A DNA stretch of 64,000 nucleotides from Blepharisma stoltei ATCC 30299 (taxonomy: Eukaryota > Protista > Ciliophora), in the NCBI GenBank assembly GCA_965603825.1, contig CBFDEM010000015.1:630644-694643 (forward strand), given 5' to 3'. The notes under the pieces are model-generated. The model worked only from the letters and a program-made list of their open reading frames with translations. It made no database searches and was not told the origin of the DNA. This document shows, piece after piece, positions 24,554 through 38,098 of the stretch (the first letter of the stretch is position 1; every line of letters starts with the position of its first letter). The position numbers were made by a program, and so were the translations under genes.

Positions 24554-27347
24554 ATGGTGCAAAGACAAGATGTTGAAACCTATACCTTAGCTCAAGTAAT
24601 TCATGCGCTCCGAGCAATTCAAGGGCATTGCAATATACTAGAAGAAGGTTCTACTCCTTTGCACGATAAGTTAATAAGGCAAAATTCTGATGAAAATTTA
24701 GATAATGACCTTCTAAATGAACTTACAAGCAGCATCCCAGTCAAAGCAATCCCATATTCATTTATTGAGCTGTTAATCTTAATCTGAAATTCAGTAAATC
24801 CACAAAATCAAATATCCCAAGAAAATGATTCGGTCTTTATTTTTTATAAAAAATATAAATGATTGAATAAATTTTTGGAAGACAGAGAACTTAATGATAT
24901 TTTCTTTATAGTTGGCAAGCGTCTATGCAAAACTGACTGAAATATTAAAGGCAAAACCTACAAATGTTTATTTTTTAAACATAAAAATACCCAAAAATTT
25001 ACTGTCAAAAGAAATAATTCAGAGCAAGAATACTTCTATAAATTTGGTGAGAGCAATGAAGATTTATATGTTTCTGGGTACATAAATTCTGAGGTGCTCA
25101 ATCAGAAATGCTCAATTTTACAAATTCCTATTAAAAGCAGTGAGATCAAGAGCAGAAAAGAAATAAATTATCTACTGATCTCTGATAACCAAAAATTATG
25201 AAGCTCTTGCTACCTTAATTCTCTTCTAAAAACACTTGTATACAATGATAAATTTTACCAAAAAATCCAGACAGTGAAGTACCCATTATTTTTTGGTTTA
25301 TCATCAGTATTGCTAGCTATTAAAGAATCTAAGCCACATTATAAAATTTATAAGCTTACAAACTTACTTAAAAATCAATTAAAAGCTGAATTCCCTTGAG
25401 TAATTTTTTATATAGATTGAAAATTTCACCCAGCAAGAATGCAAAGAATTAATGATGGAGTTAATAGGCAGACTTTCAGAATTTACTGAAATAGATTCAT
25501 TATTTGCAATTACAAATGAGCAAGCCTTAAATTTCAAGGAAAAAGGTGAGTATCGTTTTCTCAGCATAGCACCTCTTCCAGAAAAAGATGAAGAAAAGTG
25601 TTTTTGGGAGCAAATAATATATAAAGTGGCGCCTTTTATTAAATTCAATAGATTAAGCAAAGAGAAACCATATGCTTATTTTGAAAAAAATGAGGCAACT
25701 GCTTATTATTTGGCAGCAATTTTTACTGAAAATGAACAGAAATGAATTTATTGCAATTCCTGCAATCAATGGATAAACATCAGTATAAATCCAAAAAACA
25801 AAGAAAAAATAATATTCAGTGAAGGAGCTGCATATTTTTATATAAAAATAAATAAAAAAGATTTTGAAAAAGATAAAGTTAGTAAGCAACTTTCGCTTGA
25901 ATGGGAAAGAAGGAAATATAAACAAAAAAAATTGCCAGAGATATATAAATCCACAGAAAAAACCAAAAAAATTGAAATTGAAAAATTGAAAAATATTGAA
26001 ATTCAGCAAAAAATCCAAAATAGCGAAGATATTATAAATAATTATCAGCTAGAGAGATTGAATAATCAAGAAATAACAAATAATCGAAAAGAATTAATGG
26101 CTGAAAAAGATGAAAATGGTGAAAAAATGCAAAAAGATAATAGGATTCAGCGAAAATTACAATGGAAATTAATAACTCTTAAAGAATTGATATTTGAAAA
26201 CGAAATTCTAGAGAAAAGATGCATAAACTACGAAAACAAAGCTGAATTACTAGAGAAAGAAAATCAAACATATAAAGCTCAGAATGAAGTCTTAAATCAA
26301 GAAAAAGAAATTTATAAAGCTCAAAATGAATTTTTAAATCAAGAAAACCAAACTTATAAAGCTCAGAATGAAGTCTTAAATCAAGAAAAAGAAACTTATA
26401 AAGCTCAAAATGAAGTCTTAAATCAAGAAAACCAAACTTATAAAACTCAACTAAAATCATTAACTGAAGAAATAAAAAAGCTAAGAGAAAATAAGATCCT
26501 AAATTATCCATTAATTTTTGACAGAAAAAAAGCAGGGATTCCTAATATCGGGAATACATGCTATCTTAATTCACTCTTACAAGTGTTTGCAAGCAATAAT
26601 GAATTTTGTGAGAAAATTCGACCACTAACATATGAATTATTCTCTACTTTGTCATCACTATTAGTGAGTATTAGAGATCCCACAACTAATACAATCTGAG
26701 AGTTCGTGATGGCTTTTAAAAGTAGATTTAATGATGAATTTCCATGGGTAATCTTTATATAGCTTGGCGATTTAACCCAGCAAGATTCTAAAGAAGTGTT
26801 GCTAATGCTAATAGGGAGATTATCAGATTTTACTAATATTGAACCTTTGTTTATAATTTCATATAAACAGATATTAAATTGCCATGATTGCAATTATAAA
26901 GCAAAGGCGACTGAAACAAACACTTTTATTACAGTTCCCATTAACAAATTCAGTTCTATACAAGAATTTATAACGGATATAAAAAAGCCAAAAAAATTCA
27001 TTGGTGATGGAAGCCAATTATATTGCGAAAAATGCAATAAGCAGCAAGATATGACGGTTGAATATGAAGAAATTATATGGCCATCTACAGTTACCTTTTA
27101 TTTATCCTCAAAGAATGGCAGAATTAGAATTAATAAAGAATTAGATATTGAAGGAACTATTTATAGATGGTACGGATTAATATGCCATTATGGGGATTCA
27201 TGATCTGGGCATTATTTGGCATATACATGGGATACTAACAATTGGACTGAATATAATGATAGCAAGACAGCAAATCGCTGCAGCCGCAGCATTGATGTGG
27301 CAAATGGATATTTAGCCTTTTATGCAAGGGCAGGAAATCCCAAATAA
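24554..27347 (+). CDS. USP (peptidase C19) protease: degenerate USP-like N-terminal region, coiled coil, active USP domain
   Basis: One frame with TGA=Trp and introns at 25400-25415 (16 nt) and 26748-26762 (15 nt). Internal degenerate box SSCYLNSLL..QQECKE. C-terminal GIPNIGNTCYLNSLLQ, QQDSKE, GHYLAY..WTEYND. Confidence 0.85.
26250..26450 (+). repeat. 42-bp coding tandem repeat (YKAQNEVLNQEKET/NQT, about 5 copies)
   Basis: Near-identical 14-aa (two-heptad) units visible in both DNA and protein. Confidence 0.9.
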
Positions 27348-28160
27348 GAATAATAGTTATTTAAGGAAAATAATATTCATAAATATTAATGCATCTAAGG
27401 AGTTATAAATTGTAGGAAAAAATTCCAGAAGATAAGCAGAGGTAATTTCTTTTTACTAATCTGGCTATATCATTATATTTTATTTTGGCTAGTTTTCCTT
27501 TAATCGAAACTTTTTGATAATGTGGCATTCCTTAGTCACCTTTTTTTCTATTCCATTTCAAATTAATTTGTAGCATTATATATGAGTAGAAGTTACCTTT
27601 GAATATAGAGCTTTTTTATATTTTCCTTAATGCTTATCTAGGATCATAAATGATTTTTGAGAGGGCTTAGTTTTAGGTTTTCTTATCTTGTATTGAGTAA
27701 AATGCTATAGTAAAATTTCTTATACCAATTCTATGCTAAAATATATGTCGTTGTTTTATATTTAGTTCACTGTAAAATCTATTCGAGCTGAAATATTAAA
27801 TTAACTGCATGCCCTGTAGGCAGCAAAAAATTTTTACTCGCTTATAGAAAGGGATATGCAAAAATAAGGCGTTATAACTTCCTGATTTGGTTTGTCAGCT
27901 CAAGAAGTTAAAAATAAGGCTAATAGCACATACTTGCCAACTACAGACTGATTTATTAATTATGCATATTGAGACTGCTCAGGAGAGCTTCATTACTTTT
28001 TCATAGACAGGGCTAACCTATGCCTAGCTAATCTAAATCCGCTTAGACAATATAAAATATGCTCTGAATAATGAAATTTTATTTACGAAAATCCACACAA
28101 TTTCTCAAACTGCATCATTAAAACTTTATCTTTTTATATTTAAATTTAAACTACTATGGC

Positions 28161-29756
28161 CTATGAGCTTATAAAAAATGCAAGATAGCACGAACTGAAA
28201 TCTGGCTGCCAAATCTTCGAGTTATTATCTAAATATTCTCTCCATGTGCATCCATCTTTTGTATATGCGGCATATTTCTTCGTGTTTTCTATCTGGTAAA
28301 GGCATTTGATTGCTCCATATATTTCATATTTTGATCCCATATAATTAAATTCTTCAGGGAGAATATATTGATTTCCTATTGGCAATTCTAATATTAAAAA
28401 TGATCCCACTTCAATGGATTCTACTGTATTGCTCATCAATTTAGTTTGATTGCAAATACTACAAAAATCTTCATTTCAGGTACTTGTTTTTATATTTTGA
28501 TCGATTTCTTCATGAATTGGTTTATTTGCAAAATTCATGAATTCAATAACATTTATATAGTCCAGTTTTATATGCTCATGCCCAACTTCACAGTTAACTC
28601 TTGTTGTCAATATAGTTGAAAATAATTTTTGATTTGGATAATATTCATAAAGCTTATTTATAAGCCAGTTTATCACATTTTTAGGGTCTTTTTCAAAGTT
28701 AGTCTATATAAAATTTACATAATAAGAGTTCTGTATTAAAGTTATGTTAAAATCTGATAGTAAATTATCAACGAAATTTTGGAAATTTGACCTTTTCATA
28801 GTGTGAAATAAAATGTTTAAGCTCACTAGTGTTGGGTCTATTATACTTTTTGATAATTCAATAAATAAAGATGTGCTGGCAAGAATCTGTAACGCCGAAG
28901 TGAGGTAGGAATTATCATTTATATCAGAAAATCCATGTTTTTGGTCAGGAAGAAGTGAAATCATTGAGGTAAATAAACTACCATTTCCTACAGTTAGGTA
29001 AGCTTGGCTTGAGTTGAGGTGCTGATTTTCAGGTTGAAAGGTATAATAATTCCTTGCTGGCTCATAATAAGCACTTCTTGATAAATTTAAATTACTTGCA
29101 ACAGGCTCCTCATTTCTGCTTACTTGCCTTGAATTTTCAATAATTTGACTGAGTCTTCTTACCTCATGTTTTAACTCAGCTACGTTTTTTTCTAAGTCTT
29201 TTATTTTGGCATTATTTCCACTATTAATTTCTACTGTCCTCTCATTTCCTAAATTTAGCCCGCTCAGCACACAGCTATTGGCAATATCCCCGTAATTAAT
29301 ATATTCACTTATAAAGCTTTCAAGCTGTATTTGGACATCGTTAGGATCATTAAGCAACAGGATTTTTAGCAATGCGTCTTCTTCATTTGTCCTTATTTCT
29401 TTTGTTGTTATAATTTTTCTTATATATTTGTCAATTATTCTGATTCCTGAGTCTAACGATTTTAACCCATTTTTATTGATTTCTTCGAGGTTTTTCATAT
29501 TTGTAGAAACCTCTGAGGAGAATTGTAATTTAATATTTTGGAGTTTTGATTTTTCTTCTTGAAAAGATTTCAGAATACTTATTATTGTGGGCTTAGCAGG
29601 TTTACGATATAGATATTCAAACCTATGAGTTAAAGAGTTAGAGGCGGAGTGAGATTTTTTATGTAGTTTGCAAAATACTAACTTTTGATCTTGTCAGTCG
29701 CACATGTACTTAGGTTTTCCATCGCATGATGGGAAGCTACAAATATTGTAGTTCAT
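28161..29756 (-). CDS. Catalytically inactive USP-fold protein with N-terminal Cys/His zinc-finger (B-box-like) and coiled coil
   Basis: ATG 29756: CSFPSC..CDW..FCKLHKKSH..H. The Cys box reads GFSDINDNSYLTSALQIL (Cys to Ser) and the His box reads KKYAAYT (His lost). Intron at 28704-28718. Confidence 0.75.
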
Positions 29757-29904
29757 GATTAAAGTTTATTAAGAAATTTTAGTTTTGACCTTAATTCTTC
29801 ATAAATGATTTTATTTTTCTGTAAAAATTAATTCTGAATACAATTATGAACTAGGCAGAGCTAATTGAAGAAGTTTATGGCGCTGCTAAGTTAAATTAAA
29901 TCAT

Positions 29905-30185
29905 TATTCAATAATATAATAAAAAATTTATTTCTTGCGATCAATATATAAAATTATTTTAAGATTATAAAGGAATATTTTCTCTAGATCTAAAATTCTA
30001 ATATAAAATTATTTGAAGAATGCATTTTTGGAAAAAAATTATAAAAATTTCTATCACTCTTATGGAAATCATAATCCTCACCAAATCAATAGTAAATATA
30101 AAGACTATTTATTTATATATAAGAATTCAATAAATTAAAGACCAGGTTTAAGATAGCCCTTAAAAAACGCAAATATACATTCAAC
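29905..30185 (+). repeat. Non-coding repeat copy 1 (upstream of USP 30388), similar to 60955-61211
   Basis: Shared blocks such as ATATATAAAATTATTTT(T)AAGA.TATAAAGGAATA and CCAAATCAATAG.AAATATAAAGA. Confidence 0.7.
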
Positions 30186-30387
30186 AGGTGTTCTGATCTT
30201 CTGTTCTCTTCTTAATATATACGATTTTCCTTTTTAATTAAATTAAATTAATATCAACTATATAGATTACCTTCTATATAGTAAGGATACATTTAGCAAT
30301 ACATTTTGATATTCAAACCTTGCATCAAAAAAGTAATTATTCTCAATAATTAATGATAAAAACATAAATATGTAGATTCCAATAAAT

Positions 30388-31233
30388 ATGGGTCCCTGTC
30401 TTGGCAGAAATGATCATCAAAGCGAACAGCAAAAAGGAATTCCAAATATTGGAAATACTTGCTACATGAATTCTGTCATTCAAGTATTAGCAGCGACTCC
30501 GAACTTTTTAGCAAATTTGGATAGTGTCAAACAAGCTGAGTTAATTGCTTTGAAAAATTTTATACAAGGAGTGAAATTAAGATATCCCTCATCAAGCTTA
30601 TCAATTTTGGCCAATGATTTTAAAAATCAAATTTCTCAAGCACATCCAATTGTAATTATAAAATAGTTTCAAGGGTCTAGAGAAAATGACGCAAAAGAAT
30701 TATTTGCCATTATATTATCCATTCTAGGTGAAGAGGAAACGGTAACAAACCCATTCAATATAGTTTTCAAAAGATCATTTAAGTGTGAAGAAAAGAACCA
30801 TATTGCTTATTCTGAAGAAAAATCAAATTTAATTATTATTCCAAAAGGAGCTAGCATTGAAAATCACCTGAAAAATATGGATAGTGAAAAGAAGTTCTGA
30901 GGAGATAACCAACTCTATTGTGAAAAATGCAAAAAAACTAAAGATATAACTATGAAAACAGAAAGAATTGAATTACCAGAGATTTTAGTCCTTTACACTC
31001 CAAAGGATGGAAATTCAAAAAATAATACTAAATGCCTTAATGAAGTTATTTTAGAGCAGAAATCGTACATACTTTATGCTGTTATATGCTATAACTCATG
31101 GCCTCGACATTATTATGCATATACAAGAATCTCAGAAAAATCTTGGCGCAAATATAATGATGATCGTACAAGTGAGTCAAATAGTTTACCCGAAAAAAAT
31201 GCATATCTTTTGTTCTATAAGTCTAATTATTAA
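30388..31233 (+). CDS. Minimal USP protease with putative N-myristoylation/palmitoylation (MGPCLG)
   Basis: GIPNIGNTCYMNSVIQ, ENDAKE, CEKC, RHYYAY..WRKYNDD, AYLLFY. Intron at 30652-30666; one TGA=Trp. Confidence 0.9.
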
Positions 31234-31674
31234 ATTTATAAGATAAAGATTTCTAAGTAAACTAGTTGATTATCATAATAATAAATAGCTTAAAATTTTA
31301 TTTATATTTAAATAACTTAGCCAAACTTTTTTAGTCTCATCCACAAAAGCATAATTATATTTAATCCATCTTCTTTGGATGCTCCCTATAATAATAGCTG
31401 CACATTCCACTATAGCAATAAATATTCACTCACCTGTTTCAATTTATCATATATTCAAAATATGTGCTTATTTAGAATTTAGCTTAAATCATAGATTAAA
31501 TTAGACTATAAATAATTCATTTAGTTGTAAGTTAAATAATTATAAATAAAATCAATTCTGTAGAATCTTAATCTTCGCTTTTATTTTATCCTTAAGTAAT
31601 ATAATTTAAAAATAAAATTATTTAGAAGAGCAAATAATCTTTAAGAACTGCATTACCACTATAAATTTATAGAA

Positions 31675-32721
31675 ATGGAAGTCAATATTAAAAAAGCAGC
31701 TGAAACATTTTTGAGTTTCTATCTAGCATGCTTATTCTGGCTGATTGCGACTTGTGTATGATATCTTTATTGCTTATGAGAAATATTTTATAGGCTCTTA
31801 CATTTGGCTTTTAAAAAATTTCCACATTATGTAATGATCTTTATAGGATGCTTATTTTCTTGTTTTAGATGTAAAAGAAAAGCAAAAAGAAAAAATCAAA
31901 ATTCTTACAGCATGCCCGAGCAATATAGGAAACAAGGGATTCCAAATTATGGAAGCACCTGCTATTTAAATTCAATAATACAGATATTGTCTAGTACGAA
32001 TGAGTTTGCTAGTTCAATAAAAAATTGTTTTGGGCTATCAGATATTTTTGACGATTTGAGATCTCCAAATCATGATTTTGAGCCTAAAATACAGAATTTC
32101 TTATTAAAGCTAAGCAAGGAGCACGAAATGGTAATTTTAGTTCAGTTTTCTTTGGGAAAGCAAAATGATTGTAAAGAGCTCTACAATATTCTTATTGAAA
32201 CTCTTGCAAAAGAAAACTCAGATGCAGAGAATTTCTTTAAGATTGTTAAATACCAAAAAATAATATGCAGCATGAACCATAATCAAGAAAAACCTGAGAC
32301 TTCTTATTTTCTTCTTTATCCAAAAAGCGCTAATTCGAGCTTAGGCTCATATTTAAAAGACTTAAAAGATAAAGCAGATGAATTTAATGAGAATAATCCT
32401 TTATTTTGCGAAAAATGCAATTGCTTAAGAGCTACAACAATTAAGATCGTTTCTTTAGAGCTGCCACAAATATTGGCAGTCTATTTACCAGGGAAACCAT
32501 TTAAAAGCATAAAATCAGTAGAAAGTATTAATTTTGAAGGAAAATATTATGAGCTCTATGGAGTAATTTGCTATTTTGAGCATAAATATTCTAGCCATTA
32601 TATAGCATGCACACTAGATGAAGATGGCAAGTGGAGAGAGTATAACGATGCTTTTGCTACAGAGAAATGCCCAGATATGAAGAATGCTTATATGCTGTTT
32701 TATAGGGTTAAAAGCAAATAG
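31675..32721 (+). CDS. USP protease with hydrophobic Cys-rich N-terminus
   Basis: ATG at 31675 in frame through two TGA. GIPNYGSTCYLNSIIQ, QNDCKE, SHYIAC..WREYND. In-frame 15-nt intron at 32131-32145. Confidence 0.9.
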
Positions 32722-33264
32722 TTAGAAACATATTTATTTTTCTTTAATAAAACTCATTTTAAGGCTTAGATATGTGTAAAATGAAGACGTTTTTGAGTTA
32801 CTTTTGGCTTGGTATTTTTATAATTAAGAGTAAAAGAAAATATGAGAGTTAATTATAGTTATCATTAATTATTAGAAATTCTTGGAGTTGAATATTTGCT
32901 GTATCCTATTATTTGCTATGGATAAAGAAACAATTATAAGCAATATCTGGGTAAGCATTTTCTCAAGGAGTTTGGATAAATGTGATGATTTTAAGTTGAA
33001 AGCAGGGGCTTTGATTATAAGAAAAATTATCGTATATTTGCAAAAAATAAGTGATAGCGCTGCATTTTTAATTATTTATAAAATAATTATTTATTTAAAT
33101 TTATGTAGATTTGTTAACTCGGATAATTAATTATCTAGTATTTTGACTATTTCTGTGATCAAATGGCAGGGTTATTGCAATAGCAGTTCCCTCTGCCTAT
33201 AGAGACACAAATAATCAGTTAAAATTTCATAATTCTATAAATTTGCCCTATAGAATATATAAAA

Positions 33265-34341
33265 ATGCAGCAAGAAGAAAAAGAAGGCGAAAGAAGTCAA
33301 AATCGCAGTTTTAAATTTTATTTATATCTCTTATACATATTATCACAACTGGGCAGCTATTGCAGCTTGATTTATGGTGCAATAGCCAGATATTGCGAAG
33401 GGATATGCGATTTCATAATATGACTAATATGCTGCAAGATTAGGGATCATAAAAAGTTTGAATGAGATAACCAAATAGAAAATCCAAACTATTTCAGCCA
33501 AGAGGAAATCGTAAATTACCCCGGAATAAAAGAAAATTATTCCAGAAAATTAGGAATCCCGAATTTTGGGAACACTTGCTACTTGAACTCAGTTTTACAA
33601 ATTTTAGCAAGCACCCCAGAATTTTCTAAATGCTTAAATCCAGATTTTGAGCTTTCAGGAACTTTATTAACCATTATCAAAATGATAAATAAATACTCAG
33701 ACACTAATTTTCAGCCAGAAATAAACAGCCTTTTAAAGATCATTCAGCAATCATATTCAGACGTATTTTCTAAATAGTTTACTTTAGGCAGACAAAATGA
33801 CAGTAAAGAAATATTTGTAATTATAATCGATAAATGCTCAGAAATTAATGAAAATTTGAAGGATTTATTTTTTATTAGAAAAGATGAAACAATTATTTGT
33901 GAAAATGGACATATAGAAAAAAAAGAAGAGGTGGAAACACTTTTATTAATCCCTCAAAATTTCAATAAAGATATTAGTGGCTTTATAGATATTTTAGAGC
34001 AGAAAAGCGATTTTAGTGGGGAAAATAAGTTATACTGCAGCACCTGCAACAGTTTAAAGGACGCTAGTATTACCTCAAAATATAAGCTGCCAAAATTTTT
34101 AGTTTTTTATTTTCCTGGTGAAAATCCGAAGAAAAGGAATATTAAGGAATCTGAGACATTTAAAGATAAAGAATATGAACTTTATGGAATAATTTCTTTT
34201 TATCCGTCTTACCGACATTATATAGCTTTTACGTTAGATGGTGGAATATGGAGAGAGTATAATGATATATCAGTGACTGAAAAGAAGCCTGATTATTATT
34301 ATACTTATATGGCGTTTTATAGACATGCAGAGAAATTATAA
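33265..34341 (+). CDS. USP protease with hydrophobic Cys-rich N-terminus
   Basis: GIPNFGNTCYLNSVLQ, QNDSKE, RHYIAF..WREYND. Intron at 33763-33777. Confidence 0.88.
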
Positions 34342-34769
34342 AATAATTTTAGATAATTTAATAAAAGTATGCAATCAAAAATAAATAATTTTTGGAAATT
34401 TTTGATAATAAATCATCAAAAAGAAGGAAATTTTGCAAGTGTTAAACCAAGTTTGTAATTTGGGGGATGGCGTTAAATAGTGACATTAAATCATTAATCC
34501 TCTCTAAGAATTCTCCAATTTGCAGTTAAGAGCATTGCAAAACTCATAAAAAATTGTCAGATAAGAAAGCTGGAATTCATTAAAAGCTACTAATAATTTA
34601 GAAAATTAAACCTTTTAAATTGGAACATTTTTTAGTATTTAAAGGGGAGGGATCTCGGCCCATAGTAATTTTTTTATAATAGTCTTTTTTTAAATTAGAT
34701 AAAAAATATGCAACTTTTCAGACATAAGATTAAATTTAAAATCTTAATGAGGCAAAATAACCATAATAA

Positions 34770-35504
34770 CTATAATTTAAGCAAAATAAAGCCTCCATTA
34801 AAACAGTCTAACACTATCAGCTTAGAATTAGCTGAAATTCCTAGTGCTTCTAGTGTTGAACTCCCGTTCTCAGGAACTCGAAGTGTTTTTGACCCAAGTA
34901 TACAGACTATTCCCCTCTTTCCAAGCTTATCGCGAATATTTCTCTCCAACGTTTCAAAAGTGTCAGTCTTTTTGGTATTAAAAATAATAAATCCGTCTTC
35001 AAACTCAATCATAATTCTTATTTCATCTTTACTCACTCTCACAGAAGTTGAACTAGTAAAATCTAAATCTTTTAAGGAATAGTTTTCTTCTGTTGCCAAA
35101 TCAAGTCTCTTTTTGTAATTTCTGATAATAACTTCTTTATGCATTTCGATGTCTTGGCTAATGTTAAATTTAGCTTTCACTAAATTGGTGAACTCAGAAA
35201 GCTTCATATCGCTGCTTCTTATTTCAAGAACCTCTTTTCTATCTCCATATTCTACAGAGATATACAAATCAGGGATAATTTCAATATCTAAGCAGCTGTT
35301 GTTCATAATTTTTAATTCAAGGAGAGATTTTTCGCCATCACGGTTGAAATTGAGGTAGTTTGGATTTTTGAGGATTTTGAGATCATTAGTCAGGGAAAGG
35401 GCAGCTTGGATATTTTGATAGAGCTCAGAAAATTTCATATCAGCTGAGGCTTCAACTACAAAGTTTTCTCCTCCAATTACCTGAATTATAATCCTTAAAG
35501 ACAT
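34770..35504 (-). CDS. Divergent triple-domain ubiquitin-like modifier (ends GG-FILLKL)
   Basis: Three ~78-aa beta-grasp-like repeats (..SLLELKIMNNSCLDI; ..SLKDLDFTSSTSVRV; ..TLEALGISANSKLIVLDCFNGG). Confidence 0.8.
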   Translation of the reverse strand: MSLRIIIQVIGGENFVVEASADMKFSELYQNIQAALSLTNDLKILKNPNYLNFNRDGEKSLLELKIMNNSCLDIEIIPDLYISVEYGDRKEVLEIRSSDMKLSEFTNLVKAKFNISQDIEMHKEVIIRNYKKRLDLATEENYSLKDLDFTSSTSVRVSKDEIRIMIEFEDGFIIFNTKKTDTFETLERNIRDKLGKRGIVCILGSKTLRVPENGSSTLEALGISANSKLIVLDCFNGGFILLKL

Positions 35505-35971
35505 TTTATCAATGGAATCTATAAATTTTTATTAACTATGAAATTGTGCTTTTAATATGGTTTTTATAAAATTTTAGTTGAGATCGAACCTAATAAGGAG
35601 ATCTGTTAATTTGAAATTAATGATAACTTATAGAAGCTTGCAAAGATCAAAAACTGGAAGAGTATGTGGAAGTTATAAGATAAACCATCTAATTTCTTGC
35701 AAAATTTACTATCTCAAGAGATGTAATGATTTTTTTTATATATTATATCCTGAATGAGGGATTCTTATTTACTATCTTGATTATTTCCCCACTTTATAGA
35801 AATTACCTTTCATATCCATATAATCTTATATGGATTTTATGCCTTTATATTTATTTTAGAAATAAAAGATAGATCTTCAATGAATTTTGGGTTCTCATTG
35901 TAAGCCTATTAAGAAAATATAATAAAATCTCAAGATTAAATATTTTAATATTTTAATAACAATCTGTAGAA

Positions 35972-36412
35972 ATGGAAAGACTTCAAGCTGAGTTTAACGC
36001 AATTCAATCAGAAAGTCATCCAGAATACTCTGTTGAAATAGTCAATAACAATTTTTTCCACTGGAAAGGCACTCTTCAAGGACCTCAAGACACTCCTTAC
36101 CAAAATGGAAAATTTAGGTTCGAAATTGTTTTCCCTCAAAGTTACCCCGCATCACCTCCTGAATTTTTTTTCAAAACAAAGATTTTTCATCCCAATATAT
36201 ACGAAGTCAACGGAGAAACTTGTGTGAGGGTTCTAAATATTTCTTATAATAGAAATATCCCAGTTAGAATTATTATTGCTTATGTATTTGATCTGCTGGC
36301 GAATCCTAATCCTGATGCAGGGTATGTCCAAGACTCAACTCATGCTTATTTGTATAATAGGCCAGGATATACATCTATGGCTGCTGAGTGGACAAGATTA
36401 TATGCAATATAA
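35972..36412 (+). CDS. Divergent E2 (UBC-fold) conjugating enzyme
   Basis: WKGTLQGPQDTPYQNG, YPASPP, FHPNI...GETC (active Cys), LLANPN. Confidence 0.93.
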   Translation: MERLQAEFNAIQSESHPEYSVEIVNNNFFHWKGTLQGPQDTPYQNGKFRFEIVFPQSYPASPPEFFFKTKIFHPNIYEVNGETCVRVLNISYNRNIPVRIIIAYVFDLLANPNPDAGYVQDSTHAYLYNRPGYTSMAAEWTRLYAI

Positions 36413-36540
36413 TTCTTGATTGTAGGCATTGCGAGAATTTATTATCAATAGAGATAAATGCTTATTTAATAAATTTCTTATTTTCTAATAAATAATAAAT
36501 TAATTAGATAATAACTCAATGACATATTTATAGAAATATA

Positions 36541-37965
36541 ATGAGCAAAAACTACAATTTGAGCTATTCAAAAAATATATTATCACTTGCATGCAGTGCA
36601 TTAAAGATTCTTAATCAATATAATTGCTTAGCCAACAATAAAACAAGCCTGTTTTATAAGATAGTGAATTCAGATATAAATGACAGAAACCTGACAATTT
36701 TGAGTGATAGTCTTCCTAAAGATGGAAACAGTCCAAATATTTTTGAAGCTTTAAAGTTCCTATTATTATCAAAAGACTCTTTAGTTGCTGAAAAAGTCTA
36801 TTTTTCTCGTAATATTTCATTTATTCGTGAGGAGGAAATATTTAATAAAAATAATGACATAGTTATTATTTATGATCAACGGAGTCCAAGTATTGATAAA
36901 GATCATTATGAAAATTTGGGCTTTTGCTTGACTTTTTCAATTAACGTTAGTGAGACAACAATGATAGATTACACTCAAGGAGTTAAAGAAGTTACTGAAT
37001 GGAAATTTTATCAAAAATCACATCCTGGATATATTTATTGTTTTTGGCGAATAAATTCTCAGGCAAGTCAGCAGCAATTCAATGAAGAATCAAAGGAAAT
37101 TATGCAAAGCCATTCTCCAAGAACTCTATCTCTAAACCTTCCCAATACACCCATTAACCCAAATTATAAAGGACTTCCAAATTTAGGAAACACTTGCTAC
37201 CTAAACTCAGTCCTACATATCCTAAAATGAACAGAAGGGTTCGCGTCATTGATTCAATTATCTAGAACCCCCCCAATTCCACAATTATTTGCTGTTCTGT
37301 CTATTATGAACACCACTCAAGGCATAGAGAATCCCTTGAGAACTTTAATTTCCAGCTTAAACAAAACCTTTAAAGATGTAATTTTTAAATAGTTTCATAT
37401 AAAAAAAAACCATGATGCTAAAGAGTTATTTACAGTTCTTATTGGCGAAATAGAAGAAAATATCACAAATCTCTTTTGTATAGTAGTGCATAAAACTCTG
37501 CATTGCCATCATAATGAGAGATATAGCATTGACCATGCAGAAGAAATAACCGAGAAATTCCTGTTTTTATGTGTACCATATGGTGATGTTGAAAGCTATT
37601 TTATAAGGCTAGGAGAAGATCAATGATTTGAAGGGGAAAATTCTTTAAGGTGTAAACGCTCAAATACCTTAAAAAGAGCTAGAATTTCGACTAATAAAAT
37701 AGACTTTCCATCGAATTTGGCAATTTATGTGCCGCCATCAGAATCGAGGAATGAAAATATTAAGACGAGTTTTATTCAAGAAGATAATCTATATCTCCTT
37801 TATGGAGTCATTGCGTACAATCCTTATATTCTTCATTATTTTAGTTATGTTTTGATCGAAAATAACTGGATAAAATTCGATGATGAAACTGTTACTTATG
37901 AAGCGCCAAGGCTTGATTTTGCTTACCTGTTGTTTTATAAAGCCACCTTTCTGCTAGCTGATTAA
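36541..37965 (+). CDS. USP protease with degenerate N-terminal domain
   Basis: GLPNLGNTCYLNSVLH, NHDAKE, LHYFSY..WIKFDDE, AYLLFY. Two TGA=Trp; intron at 37378-37392. Confidence 0.85.
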
Positions 37966-38098
37966 TTCAAATAATAATTAATCTATTCTGAGAATTTTAA
38001 AATCTGATAAAAAAAGTTAATATATTATTTAAAAAAGCATTGGGACGGAAAACCTGTGAATTCAATATAAGTAGTTAAATTTATAGAGTTATTATTAC

